A stretch of DNA of 64,000 bases. Source: Eutreptiella sp. 'Long Island Sound 2002'. Taxonomy: Eukaryota > Protista > Euglenida. This document shows, in pieces, positions 15,001 through 28,200 of the stretch. Positions within the stretch are counted from its first letter, which is position 1. Each line of letters opens with the position of its first letter. The position numbers were made by a program, and so were the translations under genes. The DNA lies in the NCBI GenBank assembly GCA_964036045.1, contig OZ038379.1, positions 21,576,001 to 21,640,000 on the forward strand. Direction: 5' to 3'. The notes under the pieces are model-generated. The model was given only the letters and a program-made list of their open reading frames with translations, was not told the DNA's origin and ran no database searches.

Positions 15001-18000
15001 TGTCCATGATTGCAGTCTCTCCATCGCTCCGCAGGGGTCCCTCAAAGGTGGTCTCAGATACGTCGAAGCTGATGTTACCCGCACTGGCCATGCCCAACGC
15101 TGCAACACGATGCTTCACAAGCTTCGCCTGGTCAATGCCGTCGCCCTCCTGCAGCAGCTGCCGCCACATGGGGCTGCCAGCATCGCCGTATGATCCTGTA
15201 AACAGCGCATGTGCTCCAGCAGTCATGGTGATGATCCCACTGCCGGTGTGGTTCAGTGGTCCCTGGAACGTCGTGTCAGCACCAGTCACAATGCTGACGT
15301 TGCCCATGGATAGGAAGCCCAGTCCACCAACCAAGTGGTTGGTGAAGTTCTCAAACATCTTCTTGCTTCCGTCTTCCATCTGCAACAGTCTGCGCTTCAC
15401 CAGGCTGGCGTCGATTTCCTCATCCTTCGCCCCGTTGTACTCTCCACTACCAGACAGTTGGGCCACTGCGTTTCGCACCTGCTCCTCGCTCATGCTCATG
15501 ACAGGCGATGAGAACACGACACTCGCATTGGCACTGTCCATGTATGCCGTCTCCCCATCACTACGCAGTGGTCCCTCAAAGGTTGTAACCGACAAATCGA
15601 AGCTGATGTTTCCTGCACTCTTCATCCCCAAGGCTGCTACACGATGCTTCACAAGATCCTGCTCTCCATCCATGAAATTCACGGCCAGCATCTTGCGTGC
15701 CAAAGAAGCCCCAATGGCATCGCCATACTTGCCAGTAAACAATGCATGTGCACCGGCCGTCATATCAATGATACCCTGGCCGGTGTGGTTCAATGGCCCC
15801 TGGAACGTTGTGTCCGCGCCAGATACGATGCTGATGTTGCCCATGGAAAGGAATCCCAGTCCTCCAACCAAGTGATTGGTGAAATTAGCGAACTTCCCAT
15901 CCTTCATCTGCAACAGCCGACGCTTCATCAAAGTGGAATCGAGTGATGAGCTATCGGCAGTCCCATCCGCAGACCATTGCTTCTGGGAGCTAGCCTGCAA
16001 TGCTGTGGTATCGCTGGACGCAAACACAACCGTGGCATTGATGCTGTCCATGTATGCTGTCTCACCATCGTTGTGCAGCGGACCTTCGAAGGTGGTCACT
16101 GATACATCAAAGCTGATATTGCCCTCACTGGCCATCCCCCTTGCAGCAACAAGATGCTTCACCATGGCATCCGTGTCCTTCAGGAAGTCCAGCTGCAGCA
16201 GCTGGCGGCCATTGCCCTGAGATTCCGCAGAGTACTTGCCAGTGAACAGCGCATGCGCTCCAGCAGTCATTGTGATGATCCCACGGCCGGTCTGGTTCAG
16301 TGGCCCCTGGAACGTTGTATCAGCACCGGTCACAATGCTGATGTTGCCCTTGGATTGGAAGCCCAAACCACCAACCAAGTGGTTGGTGAAGTTCTCAAAC
16401 ATTTGTGTGCTTCCGTCCTCCATTTGCAGCAGTCGGCGTTTACCCAGACCTTCGGCTGCCTCTTCAACCGCCTTCACCGTCATCCCAGCTGTCTGCCCAG
16501 AAACACCAGATGCAAACACAACAGTGGCGTTGATGCTGTCCATGATTGCAGTCTCTCCATCGCTCCGCAGGGGTCCCTCAAAGGTGGTCTCAGATACGTC
16601 GAAGCTGATGTTACCCGCACTGGCCATGCCCAACGCTGCAACACGATGCTTCACAAGCTTCGCCTGGTCAATGCCGTCGCCCTCCTGCAGCAGCTGCCGC
16701 CACATGGGGCTGCCAGCATCGCCGTATGATCCTGTAAACAGCGCATGTGCTCCAGCAGTCATTGTGATGATCCCACTGCCGGTGTGGTTCAGTGGTCCCT
16801 GGAACGTCGTGTCAGCACCAGTCACAATGCTGACGTTGCCCATGGATAGGAAGCCCAGTCCACCAACCAAGTGGTTGGTGAAGTTCTCAAACATCTTCTT
16901 GCTTCCGTCTTCCATCTGCAACAGTCTGCGCTTCACCAGGCTGGCGTCGATTTCCTCATCCTTCGCCCCGTTGTACTCTCCACTACCAGACAGTTGGGCC
17001 ACTGCGTTTCGCACCTGCTCCTCGCTCATGCTCATGACAGGCGATGAGAACACGACACTCGCATTGGCACTGTCCATGTATGCCGTCTCCCCATCACTAC
17101 GCAGTGGTCCCTCAAAGGTCGTAACCGACAAATCGAAGCTGATGTTTCCTGCACTCTTCATCCCCAAGGCTGCTACACGATGCTTCACAAGATCCTGCTC
17201 TCCATCCATGAAATTCACGGCCAGCATCCTGCGTGCCAAAGAAGCCCCAATGGTATCGCCATACTTGCCAGTAAACAATGCATGTGCACCGGCCGTCATA
17301 TCAATGATACCCTGGCCGGTGTGGTTCAATGGCCCCTGGAACGTTGTGTCCGCGCCAGATACGATGCTGATGTTGCCCATGGAAAGAAATCCCAGTCCTC
17401 CAACCAAGTGATTGGTGAAATTAGCGAACTTCCCATCCTTCATCTGCAACAGCCGACGCTTCATCAAAGTGGAATCGAGTGATGAGCTGTCGGCAGTCCC
17501 ATCCGCAGACCATTGGTTCTGTGAGCTAGCCTGCAATGCTGTGGTATCGCTGGACGCAAACACAACCGTGGCATTGATGCTGTCCATGTATGCTGTCTCA
17601 CCATCGTTGTGCAGCGGACCTTCGAAGGTGGTCACTGATACATCAAAGCTGATATTGCCCTCACTGGCCATCCCCCTTGCAGCAACAAGATGCTTCACCA
17701 TGGCATCTTTGTCCTTCAGGAAGTCCAGCTGCAGCAGCTGGCGGCCATTGCCCTGAGATTCCGCAGAGTACTTGCCAGTGAACAGCGCATGCGCTCTAGC
17801 AGTCATTGTGATGATCCCACGGCCGGTCTGGTTCAGTGGCCCCTGGAACGTCGTATCAGCACCGGTCACAATGCTGATGTTGCCCTTGGATTGGAAGCCC
17901 AAACCACCAACCAAGTGGTTGGTGAAGTTCTCAAACATTTGTGTGCTTCCGTCCTCCATTTGCAGCAGTCGGCGTTTACCCAGACCTTCGGCTGCCTCTT

Positions 18001-21000
18001 CAACCGCCTTCACCGTCATCCCAGCTGTTTGCCCAGAAACACCAGATGCAAACACAACAGTGGCGTTGATGCTGTCCATGATTGCAGTCTCTCCATCGCT
18101 CCGCAGGGGTCCCTCAAAGGTGGTCTCAGATACGTCGAAGCTGATGTTACCCGCACTGGCCATGCCCAACGCTGCAACACGATGCTTCACAAGCTTCGCC
18201 TGGTCAATGCCGTCGCCCTCCTGCAGCAGCTGCCGCCACATGGGGCTGCCAGCATCGCCGTATGATCCTGTAAACAGCGCATGTGCTCCAGCAGTCATTG
18301 TGATAATCCCACTGCCGGTGTGGTTCAGTGGTCCCTGGAACGTCGTATCAGCACCAGTCACAATGCTGACATTGCCCATGGATAGGAAGCCCAGTCCACC
18401 AACCAAGTGGTTGGTGAAGTTCTCAAACATCTTCTTGCTTCCGTCTTCCATCTGCAACAGTCTGCGCTTCACCAGGCTGGCGTCGATTTCCTCATCCTTC
18501 GCCCCGTTGTATTCTCCACTACCAGACAGTTGGGCCACTGCGTTTCGCACCTGCTCCTCGCTCATGCTCATGACAGGCGATGAGAACACGACACTCGCAT
18601 TGGCACTGTCCATGTATGCCGTCTCCCCATCACTACGCAGTGGTCCCTCAAAGGTCGTAACCGACAAATCGAAGCTGATGTTTCCTGCACTCTTCATCCC
18701 CAAGGCTGCTACACGATGCTTCACAAGATCCTGCTCTCCATCCATGAAATTCACGGCCAGCATCCTGCGTGCCAAAGAAGCCCCAATGGCATCGCCATAC
18801 TTGCCAGTAAACAATGCATGTGCACCGGCCGTCATATCAATGATACCCTGGCCGGTGTGGTTCAATGGCCCCTGGAACGTTGTGTCCGCGCCAGATACGA
18901 TGCTGATGTTGCCCATGGAAAGGAATCCCAGTCCTCCAACCAAGTGATTGGTGAAATTAGCGAACTTCCCATCCTTCATCTGCAACAGCCGACGCTTCAT
19001 CAAAGTGGAATCGAGTGATGAGCTATCGGCAGTCCCATCCGCAGACCATTGCTTCTGGGAGCTAGCCTGCAATGCTGTGGTATCGCTGGACGCAAACACA
19101 ACCGTGGCATTGATGCTGTCCATGTATGCTGTCTCACCATCGTTGTGCAGCGGACCTTCGAAGGTGGTCACTGATACATCAAAGCTGATATTGCCCTCAC
19201 TGGCCATCCCCCTTGCAGCAACAAGATGCTTCACCATGGCATCCCTGTCCTTCAGGAAGTCCAGCTGCAGCAGCTGGCGGCCATTGCCCTGAGATTCCGC
19301 AGAGTACTTGCCAGTGAACAGCGCATGCGCTCCAGCAGTCATTGTGATGATCCCATGGCCGGTCTGGTTCAGTGGCCCCTGGAACGTCGTATCAGCACCG
19401 GTCACAATGCTGATGTTGCCCTTGGATTGGAAGCCCAAACCACCAACCAAGTGGTTGGTGAAGTTCTCAAACATTTGTGTGCTTCCGTCCTCCATTTGCA
19501 GCAGTCGGCGTTTACCCAGACCTTCGGCTGCCTCTTCAACCGCCTTCACCGTCATCCCAGCTGTCTGCCCAGAAACACCAGATGCAAACACAACAGTGGC
19601 GTTGATGCTGTCCATGATTGCAGTCTCTCCATCGCTCCGCAGGGGTCCCTCAAAGGTGGTCTCAGATACGTCGAAGCTGATGTTACCCGCACTGGCCATG
19701 CCCAACGCTGCAACACGATGCTTCACAAGCTTCGCCTGGTCAATGCCGTCGCCCTCCTGCAGCAGCTGCCGCCACATGGGGCTGCCAGCATCGCCGTATG
19801 ATCCTGTAAACAGCGCATGTGCTCCAGCAGTCATTGTGATGATCCCACTGCCGGTGTGGTTCAGTGGTCCCTGGAACGTCGTGTCAGCACCAGTCACAAT
19901 GCTGACGTTGCCCATGGATAGGAAGCCCAGTCCACCAACCAAGTGGTTGGTGAAGTTCTCAAACATCTTCTTGCTTCCGTCTTCCATCTGCAACAGTCTG
20001 CGCTTCACCAGGCTGGCGTCGATTTCCTCATCCTTCGCCCCGTTGTATTCTCCACTACCAGACAGTTGGGCCACTGCGTTTCGCACCTGCTCCTCGCTCA
20101 TGCTCATGACAGGCGATGAGAACACGACACTCGCATTGGCACTGTCCATGTATGCCGTCTCCCCATCACTACGCAGTGGTCCCTCAAAGGTCGTAACCGA
20201 CAAATCGAAGCTGATGTTTCCTGCACTCTTCATCCCCAAGGCTGCTACACGATGCTTCACAAGATCCTGCTCTCCATCCATGAAATTCACGGCCAGCATC
20301 CTGCGTGCCAAAGAAGCCCCAATGGCATCGCCATACTTGCCAGTAAACAATGCATGTGCACCGGCCGTCATATCAATGATACCCTGGCCGGTGTGGTTCA
20401 ATGGCCCCTGGAACGTTGTGTCCGCGCCAGATACGATGCTGATGTTGCCCATGGAAAGGAATCCCAGTCCTCCAACCAAGTGATTGGTGAAATTAGCGAA
20501 CTTCCCATCCTTCATCTGCAACAGCCGACGCTTCATCAAAGTGGAATCGAGTGATGAGCTATCGGCAGTCCCATCCGCAGACCATTGCTTCTGGGAGCTA
20601 GCCTGCAATGCTGTGGTATCGCTAGACGCAAACACAACCGTGGCATTGATGCTGTCCATGTATGCTGTCTCACCATCGTTGTGCAGCGGACCTTCGAAGG
20701 TGGTCACTGATACATCAAAGCTGATATTGCCCTCACTGGCCATCCCCCTTGCAGCAACAAGATGCTTCACCATGGCATCTCTGTCCTTCAGGAAGTCCAG
20801 CTGCAGCAGCTGGCGGCCATTGCCCTGAGATTCCGCAGAGTACTTGCCAGTGAACAGCGCATGCGCTCCAGCAGTCATTGTGATGATCCCACGGCCGGTC
20901 TGGTTCAGTGGCCCCTGGAACGTCGTATCAGCACCGGTCACAATGCTGATGTTGCCCTTGGATTGGAAGCCCAAACCACCAACCAAGTGGTTGGTGAAGT

Positions 21001-23374
21001 TCTCAAACATTTGTGTGCTTCCGTCCTCCATTTGCAGCAGTCGGCGTTTACCCAGACCTTCGGCTGCCTCTTCAACCGCCTTCACCGTCATCCCAGCTGT
21101 CTGCCCAGAAACACCAGATGCAAACACAACAGTGGCGTTGATGCTGTCCATGATTGCAGTCTCTCCATCGCTCCGCAGGGGTCCCTCAAAGGTGGTCTCA
21201 GATACGTCGAAGCTGATGTTACCCGCACTGGCCATGCCCAACGCTGCAACACGATGCTTCACAAGCTTCGCCTGGTCAATGCCGTCGCCCTCCTGCAGCA
21301 GCTGCCGCCACATGGGGCTGCCAGCATCGCCGTATGATCCTGTAAACAGCGCATGTGCTCCAGCAGTCATCGTGATGATCCCACTGCCGGTGTGGTTCAG
21401 TGGTCCCTGGAACGTCGTGTCAGCACCAGTCACAATGCTGACGTTGCCCATGGATAGGAAGCCCAGTCCACCAACCAAGTGGTTGGTGAAGTTCTCAAAC
21501 ATCTTCTTGCTTCCGTCTTCCATCTGCAACAGTCTGCGCTTCACCAGGCTGGCGTCGATTTCCTCATCCTTCGCCCCGTTGTATTCTCCACTACCAGACA
21601 GTTGGGCCACTGCGTTTCGCACCTGCTCCTCGCTCATGCTCATGACAGGCGATGAGAACACGACACTCGCATTGGCACTGTCCATGTATGCCGTCTCCCC
21701 ATCATTACGCAGTGGTCCCTCAAAGGTCGTAACCGACAAATCGAAGCTGATGTTTCCTGCACTCTTCATCCCCAAGGCTGCTACACGATGCTTCACAAGA
21801 TCCTGCTCTCCATCCATGAAATTCACGGCCAGCATCCTGCGTGCCAAAGAAGCCCCAATGGCATCGCCATACTTGCCAGTAAACAATGCATGTGCACCGG
21901 CCGTCATATCAATGATACCCTGGCCGGTGTGGTTCAATGGCCCCTGGAACGTTGTGTCCGCGCCAGATACGATGCTGATGTTGCCCATGGAAAGGAATCC
22001 CAGTCCTCCAACCAAGTGATTGGTGAAATTAGCGAACTTCCCATCCTTCATCTGCAACAGCCGACGCTTCATCAAAGTGGAATCGAGTGATGAGCCATCG
22101 GCCGTAGAGGTGTCACCGGGTGATGCTGTGGTATCGCTGGACGCAAACACAACCGTGGCATTGATGCTGTCCATGTATGCTGTCTCACCATCGTTGTGCA
22201 GCGGACCTTCGAAGGTGGTCACTGATACATCAAAGCTGATATTGCCCTCACTGGCCATCCCCCTTGCAGCAACAAGATGCTTCACCATGGCATCCCTGTC
22301 CTTCAGGAAGTCCAGCTGCAGCAGCTGGCGGCCATTGCCCTGAGATTCCGCAGAGTACTTGCCAGTGAACAGCGCATGCGCTCTAGCAGTCATTGTGATG
22401 ATCCCACGGCCGGTCTGGTTCAGTGGCCCCTGGAACGTCGTATCAGCACCGGTCACAATGCTGATGTTGCCCTTGGATTGGAAGCCCAAACCACCAACCA
22501 AGTGGTTGGTGAAGTTCTCAAACATTTGTGTGCTTCCGTCCTCCATTTGCAGCAGTCGGCGTTTACCCAGACCTTCGGCTGCCTCTTCAACCGCCTTCAC
22601 CGTCATCCCAGCTGTTTGCCCAGAAACACCAGATGCAAACACAACAGTGGCGTTGATGCTGTCCATGATTGCAGTCTCTCCATCGCTCCGCAGGGGTCCC
22701 TCAAAGGTGGTCTCAGATACGTCGAAGCTGATGTTACCCGCACTGGCCATGCCCAACGCTGCAACACGATGCTTCACAAGCTTCGCCTGGTCAATGCCGT
22801 CGCCCTCCTGCAGCAGCTGCCGCCACATGGGGCTGCCAGCATCGCCGTATGATCCTGTAAACAGCGCATGTGCACCGGCCGTCATATCGATGATACCCTG
22901 GCCAGTGTGGTTCAGTGGTCCCTGGAACGTCGTATCAGCACCAGTCACAATGCTGACGTTGCCCATGGATAGGAAGCCCAGTCCACCGACCAAGTGGTTG
23001 GTGAAGTTCTCGTAGCTTCCGTCCTCGAGCTGCAGCAGGCGTCGAGTGCCGTATTCCGCACCGGACGCGTCGGACTCCGCTGCAAACACCTTTGAACCGC
23101 CGGGCACACCCGAGGCGAATCGCACGGACGCGTTAACACTCACGAGATTTGCCGTCGCGCCATCGCTCCGCAAGGCCCCCTCGAAAGTGGTAACTGACTT
23201 GTCGAAGCTGATGTTGCCGGCACTGGTCATCCCCAGCGCCGCGACGCGGTGGCTCGTAAGGTTCGCGGGGCCGTCCATGAAAGACTTCAGACTGCGACCC
23301 ATCGTTGGCGTGCCGTCCGCATCATACGCTCCGGTGAACAAGAGATGCGCCCCCTCAGTCATGTTGATGAGACC
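2..23374 (-). CDS. Giant exon (7,791 codons, open at the window edge) of a repetitive, probably secreted glycoprotein/polyprotein built of ~47 RRLLQ-delimited units
   Basis: Manual translation of the minus frame (codons at plus positions = 2 mod 3) gives coherent repeats, e.g. RRLLQ..NFTNHLVGGLGFLSMGNISIVTGADTTFQGPLNHTGSGIITMTAGAHALFTG.Y..LVKHRVAALGMxSAGNISFxxSxTTFEGPLxSDGETAYMxSxNATVVF. The same frame holds at positions 2, 4262 and 22994. The ORF track lists no minus ORF in this frame despite many ATGs, which implies no stop; I did not check every codon. Acceptor ctgcag at 23375-23380, phase 0. Confidence 0.92.
418..2789 (-). repeat. In-frame coding tandem repeat, 867 bp (289 aa, two units) x ~2.7
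   Basis: Identical shadow ORFs start at 645, 1512 and 2379 (period 867); the sequence is near-identical by eye. Confidence 0.93.
6545..22870 (-). repeat. In-frame coding tandem repeat, 1536 bp (512 aa, three units) x ~10.6
   Basis: Shadow ORF starts at 6953, 8489, 10025, 11561, 13082, 14618, 16154, 17690, 19226, 20762 and 22277: spacing 1536 except 1521 and 1515. Confidence 0.96.
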
Positions 23375-23646
23375 CTGCAGGAGTGACAGTTCGGAAGGCG
23401 GTGTCATTTGGTCGGTCCGGCAGGAGATCAGTGTTGCCCTTTGCCTGAGCAGTTTTTGTGGGCTTTTGCCTCTCAGAAGGTGCATGTCAGGGACCAAGAA
23501 AATATGTGCGCACGCACACATGGCTTTTCCCGTGGTCACGGCATCCCGGCCATTGCCTTTTGATAACAACGCCTTCGGCAAACACACACACGTAGAGAAA
23601 GAGAGAGAGAGAGAGACTTGCATGAACCCGCGCATACAACAGATAC

Positions 23647-24206
23647 CTCTCCCGTGTGGTTTAGTGGGCCTTGGATCGTAGCGTCTGCGCCGGACTTCAC
23701 ATTGACGTGTCCCATTGACAAGAACCCTCGCCCACCCACCAAATGCTTCGTGGCGTTGGTCATCATGCCCTTGGTCTGCTGCAACAGCCGCCGCGCGCTC
23801 ATGAGCCCCTCGCCCTCGGCCTCCGACCCATCAGCGTTGCCCGGTGCCTCGACCGACGCAAACTCGACAGTACCGTTGGTGCTCTGGAGGTACGCCCCGG
23901 CGCCGTCGCTCTTCAGGGACCCGGCGAACGTTGTGACGGACAGCGCCACGCTGATGTTGCCCTCGCTGTCCATCCCCAGGGCCGCAATGCGGTGCTTGGT
24001 CAGGCCGTCGCCCTGCTTCCAGTCCGGGGCCTGCAGGACCTGGTGGCCGGTGGAGGTCACGCCTTCCGGATACTTTCCGGTGAACAGCGCCTGCCCCCCG
24101 GCAGTCATTTTGACGAGGCCGGAGCCCGTGTGATTCAGTGGGCCCTGAAATGTGGTGTCGGCTCCGTCAGAGATGCTGATGTTCCCCATGGACAGGAACC
24201 CGAGGC
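23647..24206 (-). CDS. Exon of giant repeat gene (one full unit with RRLLQ)
   Basis: ctctcag|GC CTC GGG TTC ... CAC ACG GGA GAG|gtatct; 560 nt, phase 1->0. It joins to give NHTGE|GLINMTEG, matching the repeat consensus. Confidence 0.9.
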
Positions 24207-24803
24207 CTGAGAGGGGGGCAGAGTGAGCGACGTCCGCGGAGGCGGCAATGGCTGGCAGAGGTCATCCCCCCCCCCGACCACCCACCCACCCCCAGACGCA
24301 CACCGCGTTGCCTTGCAATCAACCCGTCCCCCGAACATCCCATTCCCTGTGAGAGGCCCCAACCCCGACGCCCCGGTGTTTGGTCGGTGTATTGTTCGAT
24401 AGCATGTTGGGTGGTCAGCAACCCCTTGTCCAATGCCCACAATTGTTCTGACGATCCGTTTCGCCGCTACAGCGTTCCACATTGTGTGGGCAGACCCTCC
24501 CAGAGAGGCCACGCCAGGTGTCCTCCCCCCCCCCGGCAGTACGGGATTTGTCTGGGGGTTGAGGCTGTCTATTCCGTGGCTGTACCGTTGTGGAAGGCGG
24601 TGCAGGGCAGCTTATGAGATGGCCGCATGCCGTCCGGGCTGCGGATGGCATTGATGGTGCGGTGGATGCTGACGGCGTACCCCAGTGACTGGTGGAGGGT
24701 TTGCTTTCTTGCCGGTTGCTGCCCCGTGCTCCACCCGCCTTTATGGCAGTACCCCCTCCAGTGTGCCTCTAGCCTCTCCCTAGCACGAAACGGCCAGCCA
24801 GAC

Positions 24804-25226
24804 CTCCGACTAAATGCCTCGTGGCGTTCCTCGTACTGACGTCCAGCTGCAACAACCGCCGCGTCGCAGACAACCCCACGTCCTCTTCGTCAGACGAGGC
24901 CGGGCCCGCATCGGCCGCGTCGCTTGCCCCAAACACGACGGCGGCGTCGCTGCTGTTCATGAAGGCCGTGCCCCCATCGCTCGTCAGCGGCCCTTTGAAG
25001 GTCGTCACGGACAACCCAAAGCTGATGTTGCCGGTGCTCTCCATCCCCAGGCCTTCGATGTTATGCTGCACAAGCGCAGCCCCAGGGGCCATCCAGTCGA
25101 TATTGCTGCTGTACTGCCCAGAGAAGAGGGCATGCCCTCCCTCAGTCATGTTGATCAGGCCCTGCCCCGTGTGATTCAGAGAACCAGAGAAAGTGGTGTC
25201 GGAGCCGGACGTCATGGAGATGTTGC
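24804..25226 (-). CDS. Exon of giant repeat gene
   Basis: accatcag|GC AAC ATC TCC ... CAT TTA GTC GGA G|gtctgg; 423 nt, phase 1->1; contains TRRLLQ. Confidence 0.9.
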
Positions 25227-28200
25227 CTGATGGTGAAGGATGGGAGGGGGCACACCACAGGAGGGGGAAGGGATGGCGCAGGAGGGTGGGGGGGGGGGGG
25301 GGGGCATGGCGCAGCCATGGGGGGTTGCCTGGTCTGAGACAACACCCATGGCAGTAGAAGTGGGCCGAAGGTCCCTCAGGGGGGAAGGGGAGGGTGGAGG
25401 CTGGGCTGGGCTGGTTGTCGTTTGAATTCCCCTTGTATCCTCTTGGTTGCTCCCTCCAGATAGTCCTACCAGCCCAGGCCACTGGTGTGGTTCATTGAAA
25501 ATGTTTCTTGTCCTGACATGGAACAAATGGAGATGCTTTTTCTTGGGAGGGGGGTCCCCAGTCCCCAGCTCCACCATAAAAGATCCCCTGTAGTTGGGGA
25601 AGTAAACGTGTCACTGCATCCTACATTGGTGGGCCAAAATTCTATTGCCTTTGGCAAGGCACCTTGAAGAGAGACGAGTGATGTGGAGGCTGAAACTGCT
25701 TTGCAAAAGTCATACACCACAGGGCGGTCAAGTGTTGCCCACCACAATGCTAACAGTCCCAAAACAGCGCTTCCGGGGCCAAGAAGCACCACTAGGAGGG
25801 CCTAGCTGGTGCTCATGGCTCCCTATGGGTTTGTACGTACTCCCATTGTCACCAAATGATCACCCAACCACGAGGGGGGTCTAATAATTTGCACTTGGCC
25901 ATTTACCCCCATGGGACGCTTGTAGGGGCCATGCGCTATTTTTTGGAGGGGGGGGGGGGAGGAGGAGGAGGAGCTGCCGGCGATCAGCGCAGGTCCCGTG
26001 CCAGCGGTTAGCCGGGTAAGGGTACCCACTCCCCGTGTCTCCACCACATGGATAGGGATGCAAGAGCACAGACTAGACTAGCCACGTCCATCCCGGGTGT
26101 AGGATGAATTGGGCCCGGTCCAGTCTCCAAACCAACATCCTGTGAACACCTATCCAATGGGGACCTGCTTTGGTACACCACCTGCGCTTTGCACGCTTTG
26201 CCCTCTATCACTAAGGTCCACGAATACCTACCGTCGGCGTCCAACGATCAGACAAGTCGCCTAGAGACGCCATGCTGGGCAGGGGCCTCTATGCGTCCGC
26301 TCGACCAGGGTTCCAGCCCCAGGCTGGGTCTGTCGCCGAGGTATCCCGGTTCAGCAAGGGCCTGCCCCACTATCCGCTCGTAGACAGACAAGAGCAAAGC
26401 GTGCAAAGCGTAGATACCGGGGAAAGGTGACAGCGTTCCCGCTTGCTGAGCTAAGGTGGACACGGGCTATCCACCACGAAATCCCCGGTACGTGAAGAGA
26501 GCCCCCGTGCCCGCGACCCGATCGCTCTAGCGCCCAGCATCACGGCGTGGCGGGTGGCCTACCGGGAATTGGCTGAAGATCTGCTGAGCATAGCGGAGCC
26601 GCGGCAGCGAGGCTGCCCCCCTGTTCCGGTCCGTTCGCACTGGGAAGACCCCACCATGCCTCCACACCACGTCAAGGTGCCCGGCCCCAGGGGTTGGAGG
26701 GGGTGGAGGGGGGGGGGGGGTCTCATAATTGGCGCTTGGCCAATTACCCCAATGGGAGGCCTGTAGGGGCCACACGCTAATTATTGGAGGGGTATAGGTG
26801 AGTGGACCACAACCTAGCAACATCCACCGACGGGTCTTCTCCCAGACGCCCTTGCTTGCACTGCCAGAAATAGATTGATGGTCATCCGGACGTTCGTGAG
26901 GCCTACGGTTGTTCTGTGTTCTTAAACCATGCTTGAACTTCTACGAAGATGGTCTCACCACATTGGGCATTATGCCCCAATTTGACTATTCTTCCTCATC
27001 CACAGCCATCCCTGTTTGCATCACCTTCTAAAGCCTTTCCAACCCAAGAGTGTTGTACACAAGCACAGCTCTGTCTTGCATGGAAACCCCTTCTTACTGT
27101 TGTTTTGCATGATTTTGGCGATTTTTGCTCACACACATGGGTACCAACAAGCTGACACACCACAACAACGGCAGACTAGCATGTCTCCAAGCCTAATGGC
27201 CAGCGCAAACCTAACTAGGTTGCCAAGTAGCTCCCTATCACTCCAGGCCCAAACCACCATCACAGTGACAACACAATTTACGCCTTGTTTTTCAAAGCGG
27301 CCTTGGACGAATGCTAGGGATTTATGCCGACCAATAATACGGGGTGTCGCAAGAAATTTTGGTACTAACACTTCATGTAGGGAAAAGCTCTGGTGTCACA
27401 TTTGGAGGCTAAAATTTTTGGCTTGGCAAGTGGCACAAGGTCCAAAATGGGGTCTGTGCTGAATATGACAACAAAACGTAGCAGCTCCCACACCACTCTC
27501 CAAAGTTTGGTTGCCAAGCCCTATATTGCTTAAGGCACGTCACTACAAGTGGGAGGGGGGCATGGTACAAAAGGGCAAGATCCAAATATGGGTGCAAGGG
27601 GGGTAGGTAAGGAGAAGGGCCATTGTTTGGGCCTTTTTTCTACAAGCGCATGTGATGTTTTGTGAGACAAATGGTCCCAAAGCAACGTTCCACGCCTTCT
27701 AGCACCGAAAATGGGACTGGATTGCATCTGTAGGCGGTTTGGTCAACACATAACTCGCGTGCCTCCAACAATTTCACAGATTTGCTCACTCTTGTGGATG
27801 TCTAGGTACATGAGTGTCAAAAGGTACTAGCTGGCATGTTGTTGGGGCCTTGATATTGATTGACGCACAATTTTCATGCTTGGTGACAAAATTTGTGGGT
27901 CCGCCACTGTGTGTCGATTCGAAACCAGGTCCCATTCCACTTTTTTCTTCAACATGAACCCCCTAACCAATGGTTGGGTCTTAGGTGCTGTCTCCCACTT
28001 TCCAAGATCAGCCCCCCCTATGGGGCCTCACCGGCCAAATTGTTGCAGTGCATGCAGTCTTTCCCCGTGCACACCCCTACAAACCCCACATGGGAGGCTA
28101 TGGGCCAACCAAGTCTTGACCCCCAGCCCCTCCCAAGAAAGTGGCACCCAAGCATGGGGGGCTGGAGGGGTCATATTCGAAAAGTTCTTTGGGGGATACT

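Noticed and set aside
6545-22870. Array as a pure assembly artefact
   Set aside because: Copies carry independently assorting substitutions and in-frame linker variants. The exact copy number still needs long-read confirmation.
3-23681. Dozens of plus-strand ORFs (e.g. MPVNSACAPAV..., MLHHGI...) as real genes
   Set aside because: They are antisense shadows of the giant minus-strand exon; they recur with the repeat period and have no domain motifs.
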